Origin: Deltaproteobacteria bacterium
Lineage (GTDB): Bacteria > Desulfobacterota > Binatia > Bin18
NCBI GenBank assembly: GCA_009692435.1
Contig: SHZE01000001.1
Coordinates: 13,243 to 77,242 of the forward strand
Direction of reading: 5' to 3'
DNA length: 64,000 nucleotides
In this document: in pieces, positions 39,122 through 47,730 of the stretch
Numbering within the stretch: position 1 is the stretch's first letter
How the letters are laid out: every line of letters starts with the position of its first letter
The notes under the pieces: generated by a model
What the model was told of the DNA's origin: nothing
The model's database searches: none
The model's input: the letters and a program-made list of their open reading frames with translations, nothing else
Translations under genes and position numbers: made by a program

Positions 39122-40066
39122 ATGCCCGCTCGCCGCACGCCAAACCTCCCACCACTACGAGGGGTGGGGAATAAATATCCACCCTTCGCGGTTGTAGAAA
39201 GCTCTCGCAAAATACTGAACATTTGGCATACGGGGCTGGTCGAAAGGCGACCTGCTCCTGGTGTCTCGTTTTGTCATTACTGCGGAACAGCGCATTGCGG
39301 AGGCATTATGCGGAGCGACATGGCGAAAGTAATTGTGGAACGCCCCCGTCGAGGTTGGGATGGTGGGCATAAAAAACCACGACAGGACCTGGACGCCTTA
39401 CCCACGAAGGTTGGGATGAAGAGAGAGATTATCGGAGAGAAATACCTCAACGAAAATCTTTCTCCGTTGCGCCGCTTTTTGGCTTCGCAAGTTGGGCGGC
39501 CGTGGAATAAAGTCTATGCGGATATCAGCGCATACTTGCGACCAGCCAATGTCGTCCAACAACATGTCCGGTCTCATCTGGAAGATTTTGTCGCCCTTAA
39601 TTTCTCCGTCAATAAAGATGGTGAACTCGAACAACCGCACAGATGGTGGTGGCGAGGAGGGCGACAATCCCTCTATGTCGATCCTCGTGATGGGATTCTC
39701 AAAGCGACCCTGAGCGAGAAAGATCGCAAACGCCGGGCACTGGCGCGGCGACAAGAGCTGGCACAAAAGAAGGCCAACGCGGACACCATTGTTGTCGATC
39801 GGATGCAGGAACTGCGACGCCTGAATGGCGTGTGGTTTTTCGTCGAGTATGCGCCACTGCCCTACCCAAGCCCGTTCCCACTCAGAAAGAAAGAGGGTGA
39901 AGTCAGTGCGGGAGCACCGAATGCGCTCACGCACTATGACGTTGTGCTTCGTGCTTACGTTGGCCCCAAGGATGCCTTTGCGTTCAAAGGGCGTTACGCG
40001 GTCAAGAAGCGACAATTGGCGAGTGACGAACTGCGGCGCTATCGCATCCAGAATGTCGCTCGATGA
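39122..40066 (+). CDS. Hypothetical basic protein (possible start at the internal Met about 39308)
   Basis: Arg/Lys-rich with CxxC..C motif CHYCGTAHCGG; no family recognised; lies between the tRNA and a transposase remnant. Confidence 0.3.
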   Translation: MPARRTPNLPPLRGVGNKYPPFAVVESSRKILNIWHTGLVERRPAPGVSFCHYCGTAHCGGIMRSDMAKVIVERPRRGWDGGHKKPRQDLDALPTKVGMKREIIGEKYLNENLSPLRRFLASQVGRPWNKVYADISAYLRPANVVQQHVRSHLEDFVALNFSVNKDGELEQPHRWWWRGGRQSLYVDPRDGILKATLSEKDRKRRALARRQELAQKKANADTIVVDRMQELRRLNGVWFFVEYAPLPYPSPFPLRKKEGEVSAGAPNALTHYDVVLRAYVGPKDAFAFKGRYAVKKRQLASDELRRYRIQNVAR

Positions 40067-40125
40067 GAGCAGGGCGTTTTCCACGTAGGGAGTCGAGACC
40101 CCACACTTACCGAAACAACAGAGGC

Positions 40126-40548
40126 TCATGTCATTGATCTGTGCTGAGTGACAAGCCGAGCGATAAACTTCGGACTGGTGCGGTTGAGATTGATCTTCTG
40201 TTCGCACATGGCCAGGTACTGGTGTAGATACTTCTTGTGAACCCCGCAAAAGGGGCGCTGGAAATTGCGCGCCGTGGGCCACAAGCCCTCAATGGTGTTG
40301 GTATAGACCTCCCGGATGCCCTCGCCATCCTCGCCCCGCGCCCATGCTTTCTGGCCGTGACACCCCGTGTGGGGAGTGCGCTTGCTTCGGGTGTCGCCCT
40401 GCCCCTCAGCAGTGTACCCCGTGGTAGCTCTGGGGGTGTCTTCATGTCCGTAGTGGTGCCACGTCTTGCCCTCGGTCTGGTGCCCCCGCGCACGCGCCAT
40501 TGCCCCCTGTAGCGCCCGACGGTCCCAACAATGGGAGAGGTCATACAA
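40126..40548 (-). mobile_element. IS1595-family (ISXO2-like) transposase, C-terminal fragment only (remnant)
   Basis: C-terminal motif YTNTIEGLWPTARNFQRPFCGVHKKYLHQYLAMCEQKINLNR matches the IS1595 DDE-transposase C-terminus (HTNTIEGFWS...H..S.KHL..Y..EF.FR.N.R). The N-terminal ~150 aa and any terminal inverted repeats are missing. Confidence 0.6.
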
Positions 40549-40572
40549 AACTCCGAACTCGAAACTCGCTAC

Positions 40573-41349
40573 TCACACCCGCGGCTTTCGCTGTTCACGA
40601 TAGACCTGCATTGATTCAGAGAACTCACCCGTGGATACCGAAGCGACGCGGGCATTGACGATCTCGCGCGTGAGTGTCTCCGTGTCGAGGTCCCAGGTGC
40701 GCGTGAGCAGATGTTTCGCGGAGGCTGCCGCTTTGCGCCCCACTTTCAGGCAGCGCTCGGCGAGTTTTTGAGTCTCCACGCCTAATTGATCGAGTTCGAT
40801 CAGACGCGACAGTAACCCTAAGCGATCCGCTTGCATCGCATCGAACCGTTCGCCAAGGATCACGAGTTCCTTGGCTTTCGCCAGACCAATCAGTTGTGGT
40901 AGCCGATAGATCGGTTCGGCATCGGGAGGTGAACCGTATAACACCTGCGGTACGGCAAAAAAGGCATTGGTGGCCGCGACACGAAAATCGCAAGCAAGAA
41001 TAAGTTCCATACCCGCCCCAAGACATGGCCCCTGCACCGAGGCGATGGTGAGTTGATCGAGATGCGTGAAGATGTTGAGTGCGCGTTGCCACGGAATCCA
41101 CGTCGCATTCATCGCTTCAGCGGTCGCTGGGCGATTGGCCGCCGCCTGGAGGTCCATTCCCGAACAAAACGCGCGTCCTTCTCCCTTGAGGATAATGACG
41201 CGCGTCTCCGTATCCGCCCGAATGGCATTGCACGCCTCCTCAAAGTCAAGAATCAGTTGACCGTTGACGGCATTCAGCGATGCTGGACGATCGAGAATCA
41301 AGAAGCCGATTGGTCCTTCCTTCTCAAAGCGCAACGTATCCCATTCCAT
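40573..41349 (-). CDS. Enoyl-CoA hydratase/isomerase (crotonase family)
   Basis: Crotonase motifs ILDRPASLNA and KGEGRAFCSGMDL, with oxyanion-hole residues. Start trimmed to MEWDTL. Confidence 0.8.
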   Translation of the reverse strand: MEWDTLRFEKEGPIGFLILDRPASLNAVNGQLILDFEEACNAIRADTETRVIILKGEGRAFCSGMDLQAAANRPATAEAMNATWIPWQRALNIFTHLDQLTIASVQGPCLGAGMELILACDFRVAATNAFFAVPQVLYGSPPDAEPIYRLPQLIGLAKAKELVILGERFDAMQADRLGLLSRLIELDQLGVETQKLAERCLKVGRKAAASAKHLLTRTWDLDTETLTREIVNARVASVSTGEFSESMQVYREQRKPRV

Positions 41350-41597
41350 AGTGCCCCCTCGGACTCCGAACTGTTTTGGACTCCGAACTTTCTTCATAGC
41401 AAACACTCGCAGCGTTGCCAGCACCTTCTTTGAGTATCCCGCCGGCCTCCCTTAAAGAAGCGCAGGTTGTCTGCTAAGCACACAGGGCACAACTTTCAGT
41501 GGCCAGTGGCCAGTTTTCGCAAGGTTCGGAAAAGGCGGCTCATAGAGCTGAACGCTGATGGCTGACTGCTGATACACAAGGAGATGCCGCAACCCGC

Positions 41598-42581
41598 ATG
41601 GCTATTACACTGACACAACTGTTGGACAAGATGTTCGCCGGTGATGAAGTGGCGTTGGCCCGCCTCATGACATTAATGGAACGGGAAGGAAAAGAAGTCG
41701 GCCCCATTCTCGAAGCGCTGGCACCACGGCTAGGGAAGGCGTTCACAATTGGTATTACCGGCCCGCCAGGAGCAGGCAAATCGAGTTTGGTGGACCACCT
41801 TGCCGCACTGATGCGTAAGGCCGGCAAAACGGTCGGTGTGGTGGCGATTGATCCATCGAGTCCATTCACCGGTGGCGCGTTATTGGGTGATCGTATCCGC
41901 ATGTCCCAACACTACCTCGACAAAGGTGTCTTCATCCGCAGCATGGCGACGCGCGGAAGCCACGGGGGACTCGCCCGCGCCACCAAGGATGTCATCAAGC
42001 TGCTTGACGTATTTGGTCGCGACTATGTGTTAGTGGAGACGGTCGGCGTCGGTCAGACCGAACTCGATGTGATGGGTACGACGGACACCGTCTTGGTCGC
42101 GGTCGTCCCTGAAGCTGGCGATGGCGTGCAGGTGATGAAAGCCGGGTTGATGGAAATCGCCGACATCTTTGTTGTCAACAAATCGGACCGCGATGGCGCG
42201 GCGCGGATGCAGACCGAGCTGAGTCTTATGCTCGAACTCAAGTATAGTAACCGCCCAGCGTCCGAAGCCAACCGTCCACTCTGGCGCATTCCGGTGCTTC
42301 CAACCCAAGCCCTCACCGGAGTTGGGCTGAAGGAACTCTTCCAAGCGATTGAAACCCATCATCAGTTCTTGATTGACAGCGGGGAACTCGAACGGCGACG
42401 GAAAGAGCGGCGACGCGAAGAGCTACTGTCTCGTGTTGAGTACGAAGTCCGGCGGCGGCTGACGATCAAATCCCGCACGGATATCGCCTTCGCGCAGTTC
42501 TTAGAGGACGTGAGCGAAGGGAAAATCGATCCGCATACCGCTTCGACAAAAATTCTGGAAAGCTCGGTTCTTCGGGAATGA
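41598..42581 (+). CDS. meaB: Methylmalonyl-CoA mutase-associated GTPase MeaB (ArgK)
   Basis: P-loop GITGPPGAGKSSLV; G-motifs VETVGVGQ and NKSD; ~327 aa. Confidence 0.85.
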   Translation: MAITLTQLLDKMFAGDEVALARLMTLMEREGKEVGPILEALAPRLGKAFTIGITGPPGAGKSSLVDHLAALMRKAGKTVGVVAIDPSSPFTGGALLGDRIRMSQHYLDKGVFIRSMATRGSHGGLARATKDVIKLLDVFGRDYVLVETVGVGQTELDVMGTTDTVLVAVVPEAGDGVQVMKAGLMEIADIFVVNKSDRDGAARMQTELSLMLELKYSNRPASEANRPLWRIPVLPTQALTGVGLKELFQAIETHHQFLIDSGELERRRKERRREELLSRVEYEVRRRLTIKSRTDIAFAQFLEDVSEGKIDPHTASTKILESSVLRE

Positions 42582-42661
42582 AGAATGAAGAATGAAGAAT
42601 GAAACGGGAAACGCATGACATGTTGCGTATTCCGTGAACAACGAAAAAGGAGGCCGTTCTT

Positions 42662-43756
42662 ATGAAAGCAGCAGTATTGTACGAACTAAAAACCCCATTA
42701 AAAGTCGAGGATGTCGATCTGGATAATCCGAAGAGTGGTGAGGTCCGCGTCAAAGTGGTCGCCAACGGGGTGTGCCACAGTGACTACTCCGTCATTCATG
42801 GTGTATTACGTTCGCCGTTGCCGGTCGTGCCTGGGCACGAGGGAGCCGGGATTGTCGAAGAAATCGGACCTGGGGTCACAATGGTTAAACCTGGCGATCA
42901 CGTCGTGTTATCGTTCGCCCCCTACTGCGGCCATTGCTTTTACTGCTCGATCGGGAGCCCGGTGCTGTGCGACAACATGCGCATGACGATGGGAAAAGGG
43001 ACGCTCCTTGATGGCACTTGCCGCCTCAAGAAGAACGGCAAGCCGATTCATCACATGGCGGGACTGTCTAGTTTCGCCCAGTATGCCGTGGTCGCGGAAT
43101 CGTCCTGCATCAAAATCGCCAACGACGTACCGCTGGAAAAAGCCTGTTTGGTGGGCTGTGCGGTAATGACCGGCGTGGGCGCGGCCATCAATACCGCCAA
43201 GGTGCAACCTGGCACGAGCTGTGTGGTCATTGGCTGCGGTGGCGTCGGGCTCAACACGATTCAAGGCTGCGCGCTGGCCGGCGCGGCGACAATCATCGGC
43301 GTCGATCTCATGGACAGCAAACTGGAGTACGCGAAACAATTTGGCGCGACGCATACGATCAATCCGAGCAAACAAGATTTAGTAAAGACTGTGCGGAGTC
43401 TCACCGAAGGACGCGGCGCCGATTACGCCTTTGAGGTGATTGGTCTTGGCAAAACCATTGAGCAAGCCTACGCCTGCTCGCGCCAAGGTGGGACGACCAT
43501 CGTGGTGGGCGCGCCGTCACGCGAGGACACGGTGACGATTCCGGCGTCGAGTCTGTTGACGGAAAAGATCATCAAGGGCTCGGTGTATGGCTCCTGCCAT
43601 CCACACGTGGACATGCCGCGACTGATTGATCTGTACATGAAGAAGAAACTCAAGATCGACGAACTCGTGTCGCGGACGTACTCGCTTGATGAAGTCAACA
43701 TCGCGATGACGGCGCTCGAAAAAGGCGAAGTCGCGCGGAGCGTGGTGGTAATGTAG
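42662..43756 (+). CDS. Zinc-dependent alcohol dehydrogenase (class III-like)
   Basis: GVCHSD catalytic-Zn motif, structural-Zn Cys cluster C..C..C..C, and Rossmann motif GCGGVG. Confidence 0.85.
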   Translation: MKAAVLYELKTPLKVEDVDLDNPKSGEVRVKVVANGVCHSDYSVIHGVLRSPLPVVPGHEGAGIVEEIGPGVTMVKPGDHVVLSFAPYCGHCFYCSIGSPVLCDNMRMTMGKGTLLDGTCRLKKNGKPIHHMAGLSSFAQYAVVAESSCIKIANDVPLEKACLVGCAVMTGVGAAINTAKVQPGTSCVVIGCGGVGLNTIQGCALAGAATIIGVDLMDSKLEYAKQFGATHTINPSKQDLVKTVRSLTEGRGADYAFEVIGLGKTIEQAYACSRQGGTTIVVGAPSREDTVTIPASSLLTEKIIKGSVYGSCHPHVDMPRLIDLYMKKKLKIDELVSRTYSLDEVNIAMTALEKGEVARSVVVM

Positions 43757-43908
43757 GCGGACGCGCCGCACCGGGCCGTCGGCGGTATGAGCAGAGGAAA
43801 ATTTCTACCAATAGACAGAACCGTCTCTTGGTAGAGCCTCTCTCTACGCGGACCATCAGCAGTTGGCCATTTTACATAAAGTGAACGGCAACGTTCAATA
43901 GGGCAACT

Positions 43909-45111
43909 ATGTTCGAAACCCGCATTTTTGAACAGATTCGCGAATATTGGATCACCGATCAAAACCGGCGGGGGACCCGAAAACAATCGATTCCATCGTT
44001 ACAAGATTTCGTCACGCTGATAGAGACCGCCTTCATTGTCAGTCTTAAAAGGGAAGAAGAGCGCTTTCCAAAATTCTCCGTCGTGCTGCTAGCAGAAAAA
44101 GACAAAGAGAAAGAACAGGAGTCTTCAGGTTTCAGGCAAGAAATCCTGATCTTGGATAGAAGACTTTCCTTTAGTCCTGACTCTCTGGCGAAACTCTCAC
44201 CTGCATGCGACCCGCAGACAGGTGCCTTCATTGTTTCCCCACCAGAGGATAGTTCAGGGAACTATGAAATTTGGGGCCTCATGTTTTTTGGTCCGGTGAC
44301 CAATCGATTCAACGAAATACCTATTTCCGACGAATTCATTACCTCTCGCCCAGATGTGCTCACAGTTACAGTGGTCTCACTCGGGTCTCTGGTAGTCAGC
44401 AGAGGCAATAGTCAGATCGGGCGTTTCGTTCTTGGTAACTTTAGTCCGGCAACTCCAACGCCTTTTGTGTCGCAAGCGATGGGCGAGTTTATGATCGCGT
44501 CAATCAGGAATAGCCAGGGATATCAGAGGTATGGAAATTTATATTGGCACATTTATCGAGATGCCTTAGAGCATTTGTTGCTGGAGGCCGGAGCCAGAGG
44601 ACATGGCGGAACTATAATTGTGATACCGGGAAACAAAGTGACCGAATGCAAGTCGAGTTTTCAAGCCAGGTATTCTCTACAAACCACACTGCGAATTATA
44701 GAGTTGATTGAGCAGACTCTTGCGTTACCGCACCCGTGTGATTTTTCTCGTTATCTTTCCTATAATCGTGCGACTATGGGCCGCTTGAATTTTTTGGCTC
44801 AGTTAGTTTGCGTGGATGGAGCCTTACTTCTTTCGGACCAGTTTGAGCCTATTGCTTTCGGGACAACACTAACGGCACAAGCGTGGCAAGGCGGTGTTGT
44901 TGTTGGGCCGGACAGTTTTAGTAGTGGAGGTCAAGAGTTTAATCTGTCGAGGCTCGGAACTCGCCACAATTCCGCGGCGAATTTCGTCGGCGCGTTTCCA
45001 TATTGTTACGGCTTCGTCTTATCACAAGATGGACCTGTTCGGGGGTTCATTAGGAGGGATGAAAACACACTGTATTGCTGGCCGGATTGTACAGTGTCCA
45101 TGTTCATATGA
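43909..45111 (+). CDS. Divergent DAC (DisA_N, diadenylate-cyclase fold) domain protein with an unknown ~200-aa N-terminal domain; lies in a low-GC islet
   Basis: The C-terminal half aligns to the DisA/CdaA DAC domain: GHGGTIIVIPG ~ (K)IGALIVFE; VDGALLLS ~ HDGAVII; LGTRHNSAANFV ~ LGTRHRAAL; FVLSQDGPVRGF ~ VVSEETGIISL. The canonical HDGA and RHR motifs are altered to VDGA and RHN. Local GC (~48%) is well below the ~60% flanks. Confidence 0.5.
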   Translation: MFETRIFEQIREYWITDQNRRGTRKQSIPSLQDFVTLIETAFIVSLKREEERFPKFSVVLLAEKDKEKEQESSGFRQEILILDRRLSFSPDSLAKLSPACDPQTGAFIVSPPEDSSGNYEIWGLMFFGPVTNRFNEIPISDEFITSRPDVLTVTVVSLGSLVVSRGNSQIGRFVLGNFSPATPTPFVSQAMGEFMIASIRNSQGYQRYGNLYWHIYRDALEHLLLEAGARGHGGTIIVIPGNKVTECKSSFQARYSLQTTLRIIELIEQTLALPHPCDFSRYLSYNRATMGRLNFLAQLVCVDGALLLSDQFEPIAFGTTLTAQAWQGGVVVGPDSFSSGGQEFNLSRLGTRHNSAANFVGAFPYCYGFVLSQDGPVRGFIRRDENTLYCWPDCTVSMFI

Positions 45112-45266
45112 TGAACAGGCGTTATTTCAATAGGACGCAGTCGGAATCCAACTTCCCAATTCATTGCACCGTATTACCGTCCAGTGGAGGTTCCTGCTTA
45201 ACCCGGACGGATACGGTTCGAGCAAACGATCTTGACGGCAACCGATAAGCCGACGACGGGAAATGC

Positions 45267-45536
45267 ATGACAAGGGTTCAAAGAATCCGGCTCAAGATCA
45301 TTGATCGGGACTATTATCTTTCCTCTCATGCGGAAGATGAGATGCTGGACGATGGATTGGAGCGGGGCGATGTCGAGAACGCCATATTGAAGGGACGCGT
45401 TCAGAAAAAATTATCTAAAGATGCGCGGGGCACTCGTTATCGCATCGAAGGTCCAACAAAAGATGGCCGGCTGATCCATGTAGTTTGTCGATTTCAGGAA
45501 GATGGTAGTCTCATTGTGGTTACAGATACGCGCTAA
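45267..45536 (+). CDS. DUF4258-family protein (putative toxin of a TA pair)
   Basis: 89 aa; motif DYYLSSHAEDEMLDDGLERGDVENAIL resembles the DUF4258 core; paired with a downstream zinc-finger gene. Confidence 0.45.
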   Translation: MTRVQRIRLKIIDRDYYLSSHAEDEMLDDGLERGDVENAILKGRVQKKLSKDARGTRYRIEGPTKDGRLIHVVCRFQEDGSLIVVTDTR

Positions 45537-45546
45537 CGGAGGAAAC

Positions 45547-45767
45547 ATGACGTGCGAATTTTGCGGAGGCGAGACAAGAAAAAGAAAGTTAAGCGACAAC
45601 ATTGGCTTCAGGGAAAGCTCTATATCGTCGAGAATGTTGAAGCCGAGGTCTGTCCGCAGTGCGGAGAACGATACTTCCACGCAACGACGCTGGACGCAAT
45701 TGACCAGTATTTGCTAGCTGACCATCACATCAAAGAGCAAATTCACGTCGAGGTCGTCAGCTTGTAG
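45547..45767 (+). pseudogene. YgiT/MqsA-type zinc-finger protein (putative antitoxin), disrupted by a 1-nt frameshift in an A-rich tract
   Basis: Frame 1 gives MTCEFCGGETRKRK and frame 0 continues VKRQHWLQGKLYIVENVEAEVCPQCGERYFHATTLDAIDQYL, together matching the TIGR03831 pattern CxxCGG...VCxxCGExY. The frames switch inside gacaagaaaaagaaagtt near 45585; adding one A restores the protein. Confidence 0.5.
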
Positions 45768-45840
45768 GATGCCAGAACGCGTAAGCAATGGGGCTTCATC
45801 TGAAAAATCTTACGCTAGACAAAACTAGGAGAATAAACCC

Positions 45841-46638
45841 ATGCTTCAACAAGCCATAGATTTTCGCGAGGAAAGCGAAGCGCTCTTCGCGCTCCTTGAT
45901 CCGTTGACAGATCAGGACTGGGAGCGGAAAACGCAGTTCAAAGAGTGGACCATCAACGACGTGATTGCCCATCTCCACTTTGGCAACTACCTCGCTGACT
46001 TGTCATTGCAAGACAGCGATGCCTTCGTGGAGTTTCTCCGTCGTTGGGGGGAAGACCGCAAACAACGGGGGAATAGAGCGGCAACTGACGCCTGGCTCAA
46101 TGGCATGAAAAATCGTGCTCTGTTGCAGCACTGGCGCGAATTCTATCTGGAGATGACACCGCGATTCATTGTCGCCGACCCGAAAAAGCGCGTCAAATGG
46201 GCGGGTCCTGATATGAGCGTCCGTTCCAGTATCACCGCTCGGCTCATGGAAACCTGGGCGCACGGGCAAGCGGTATACGACCTGCTTGGCCACGTCCGTC
46301 ATGAGGAAGACCGCATCCAAAACATCGCCGTCTTGGGGGTCAATACCTTTGGCTGGACGTTTACGAACCGGGGAGTCGCTGTACCAACAGACCCGCCTTA
46401 CCTCCGGCTCACCGCACCATCAGGGACAATCTGGGAGTGGAATCCCCCTGCTCAACAAGGGAATCGGGTTGAGGGAAACGCGGTCGAGTTCTGTCAAGTC
46501 GTGACCCAGGTCAGAAATATCGCCGATACCACACTGCAAGTGACTGGGGCAACGGCCACCACGTGGATGTCGATTGCCCAGTGTTTTGCTGGTCCGCCGG
46601 AAAATCCGCCAGCACCAGGCAAACGATTTCGGCAATAA
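45841..46638 (+). CDS. DinB/MDMPI-like (maleylpyruvate isomerase N-terminal domain family) metal-binding protein
   Basis: N-terminal four-helix DinB_2/MDMPI_N-like region with WTINDVIAHL and ETWAHGQAV His motifs; ~265 aa. Confidence 0.45.
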   Translation: MLQQAIDFREESEALFALLDPLTDQDWERKTQFKEWTINDVIAHLHFGNYLADLSLQDSDAFVEFLRRWGEDRKQRGNRAATDAWLNGMKNRALLQHWREFYLEMTPRFIVADPKKRVKWAGPDMSVRSSITARLMETWAHGQAVYDLLGHVRHEEDRIQNIAVLGVNTFGWTFTNRGVAVPTDPPYLRLTAPSGTIWEWNPPAQQGNRVEGNAVEFCQVVTQVRNIADTTLQVTGATATTWMSIAQCFAGPPENPPAPGKRFRQ

Positions 46639-46669
46639 ATAGGGAAAAGGAAGTGGTTATTTCAATCCC

Positions 46670-46712
46670 CCTCACCCTAGCCCTCTCCCAGCCGGGAGAG
46701 GGAATTGCGGAC
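46670..46712. repeat. 40-bp palindrome-containing dispersed element (copy 2, inverted relative to copy 1)
   Basis: ATCCCCCTCACCCTAGCCCTCTCCCAGCCGGGAGAGGGAA is the reverse complement of 11962-12003 with 3 mismatches. Confidence 0.6.
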
Positions 46713-46741
46713 TCCACACACTGAGTCCTGCTGACTTCTCC

Positions 46742-46793
46742 GAGACTGGTCTGAGACTGGTCCTAGACTTGGTTTGGGACTGGCCTGAGACTA
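46742..46793. repeat. GAGACTKG-unit tandem repeat (about 5 units) in the MDMPI-xerD intergenic space
   Basis: gagactggtct gagactggtcct agacttggttt gggactggcct gagact. The same unit occurs at 8607-8624 and inside kdsB at 62703-62766. Confidence 0.55.
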
Positions 46794-46800
46794 CCCCTCC

Positions 46801-47730
46801 CTATCCTCGCGGATGGAATTTTTTGTGGACTTCACGCAGCCGTTCACTGCTGAGGTGCGTATAAATCTGTGTCGTTGCGATGTCCACATGTCCCAGCATC
46901 GCTTGGACAGCACGCAAATCGGCACCCCCGTCGAGGAGGTGAGTGGCAAAGGCATGGCGCATGGCGTGCGGGTTGAATTTGCCGCCCTCTGGACTCTGGA
47001 GCGCGTAGTCCTTCAGCAATCGCCAAAAGGTCTGACGTGAAGGCGGCTTGGCCGCGCGTGTGAGAAAGAGATACGAACTGGTGCGCCCTTTCAACAACCG
47101 CGGCCTCGCCGTGGCAAGATAATGCTCCAGCTTCTCCTTTGCACTTGACCCCAGCGGCACCACCCGCTCCCGCCCCCCTTTTCCTCGCACCCGCACGAAT
47201 CCGGCTTCAAGATGTAATTGTTTGACCTCTAAGCGCACTAATTCAGAGACTCGTAACCCCGTCGCATACAGCAATTCCAACATAGCATGGTCGCGCACAC
47301 CAGTTGGAGTGGATACATCTGGACGATCCAGCACGGCATCGACTTGCTGACGCGACGGGACCTGCGGTAGGCGTCGTCCGATCTTCGGTAACAGCAAGTG
47401 AGACGTTGGATTACTCCTCGGCAGAGCCTCTTCCCGTTCGAGAAATCGGTAGAACCGCCGTAGGGTTGTCAGCACGCGCGATTGACTCCGGGCGGAGAGT
47501 CCACGGTCTCGCAATGTGCCGAGAAATCCCACCAGATGCCGAGAGCCAGCGGCCCTCAGCGTTGGCTCTTCTTGGATGGCCATATAACGACAAAACTCAG
47601 CAAGATCTCGGTGATAGGCTTCAATCGTGTTCTGCGCGAGTCCACGCTCAACGGTGAGATACGAAAGAAACTCATCGACTTGGGTATCTTGCGCCGAGAA
47701 GGAGGCCCCTGACGATTGCAGGTCACTCAT
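46801..47730 (-). CDS. xerD: Tyrosine site-specific recombinase XerD/XerC
   Basis: N-terminal core-binding domain (FLSYLTVERGLAQNTIEAYHRDL) and catalytic R..HxxR..Y motifs (HAMRHAFATHLL..., TQIYTHL). The start overlaps the glnD stop (TGATG). Confidence 0.8.
   Translation of the reverse strand: MSDLQSSGASFSAQDTQVDEFLSYLTVERGLAQNTIEAYHRDLAEFCRYMAIQEEPTLRAAGSRHLVGFLGTLRDRGLSARSQSRVLTTLRRFYRFLEREEALPRSNPTSHLLLPKIGRRLPQVPSRQQVDAVLDRPDVSTPTGVRDHAMLELLYATGLRVSELVRLEVKQLHLEAGFVRVRGKGGRERVVPLGSSAKEKLEHYLATARPRLLKGRTSSYLFLTRAAKPPSRQTFWRLLKDYALQSPEGGKFNPHAMRHAFATHLLDGGADLRAVQAMLGHVDIATTQIYTHLSSERLREVHKKFHPRG

Noticed and set aside
41500-41530. Possible sigma-54 promoter (TGGCCAGTTTTCGCA) upstream of meaB, given that rpoN is in the window
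   Set aside because: GG-to-GC spacing is 9 nt rather than the required 10 nt, and the -12 element is not TTGC. It does not fit the -24/-12 consensus.
42585-42605. GAAGAAT x3 tandem at the 3' end of meaB
   Set aside because: It overlaps the stop codon region and is too short to assess; likely a chance microsatellite. The adjacent small hairpin ACGCA..TGCGT is weak.
45502-45717. Two separate small ORFs (45502-45717 and 45552-45767) reported by the track
   Set aside because: Together they encode a single YgiT-type zinc-finger protein interrupted by a 1-nt frameshift. The 5' part of 45502-45717 before the ATG at 45547 overlaps the DUF4258 gene and is not coding.
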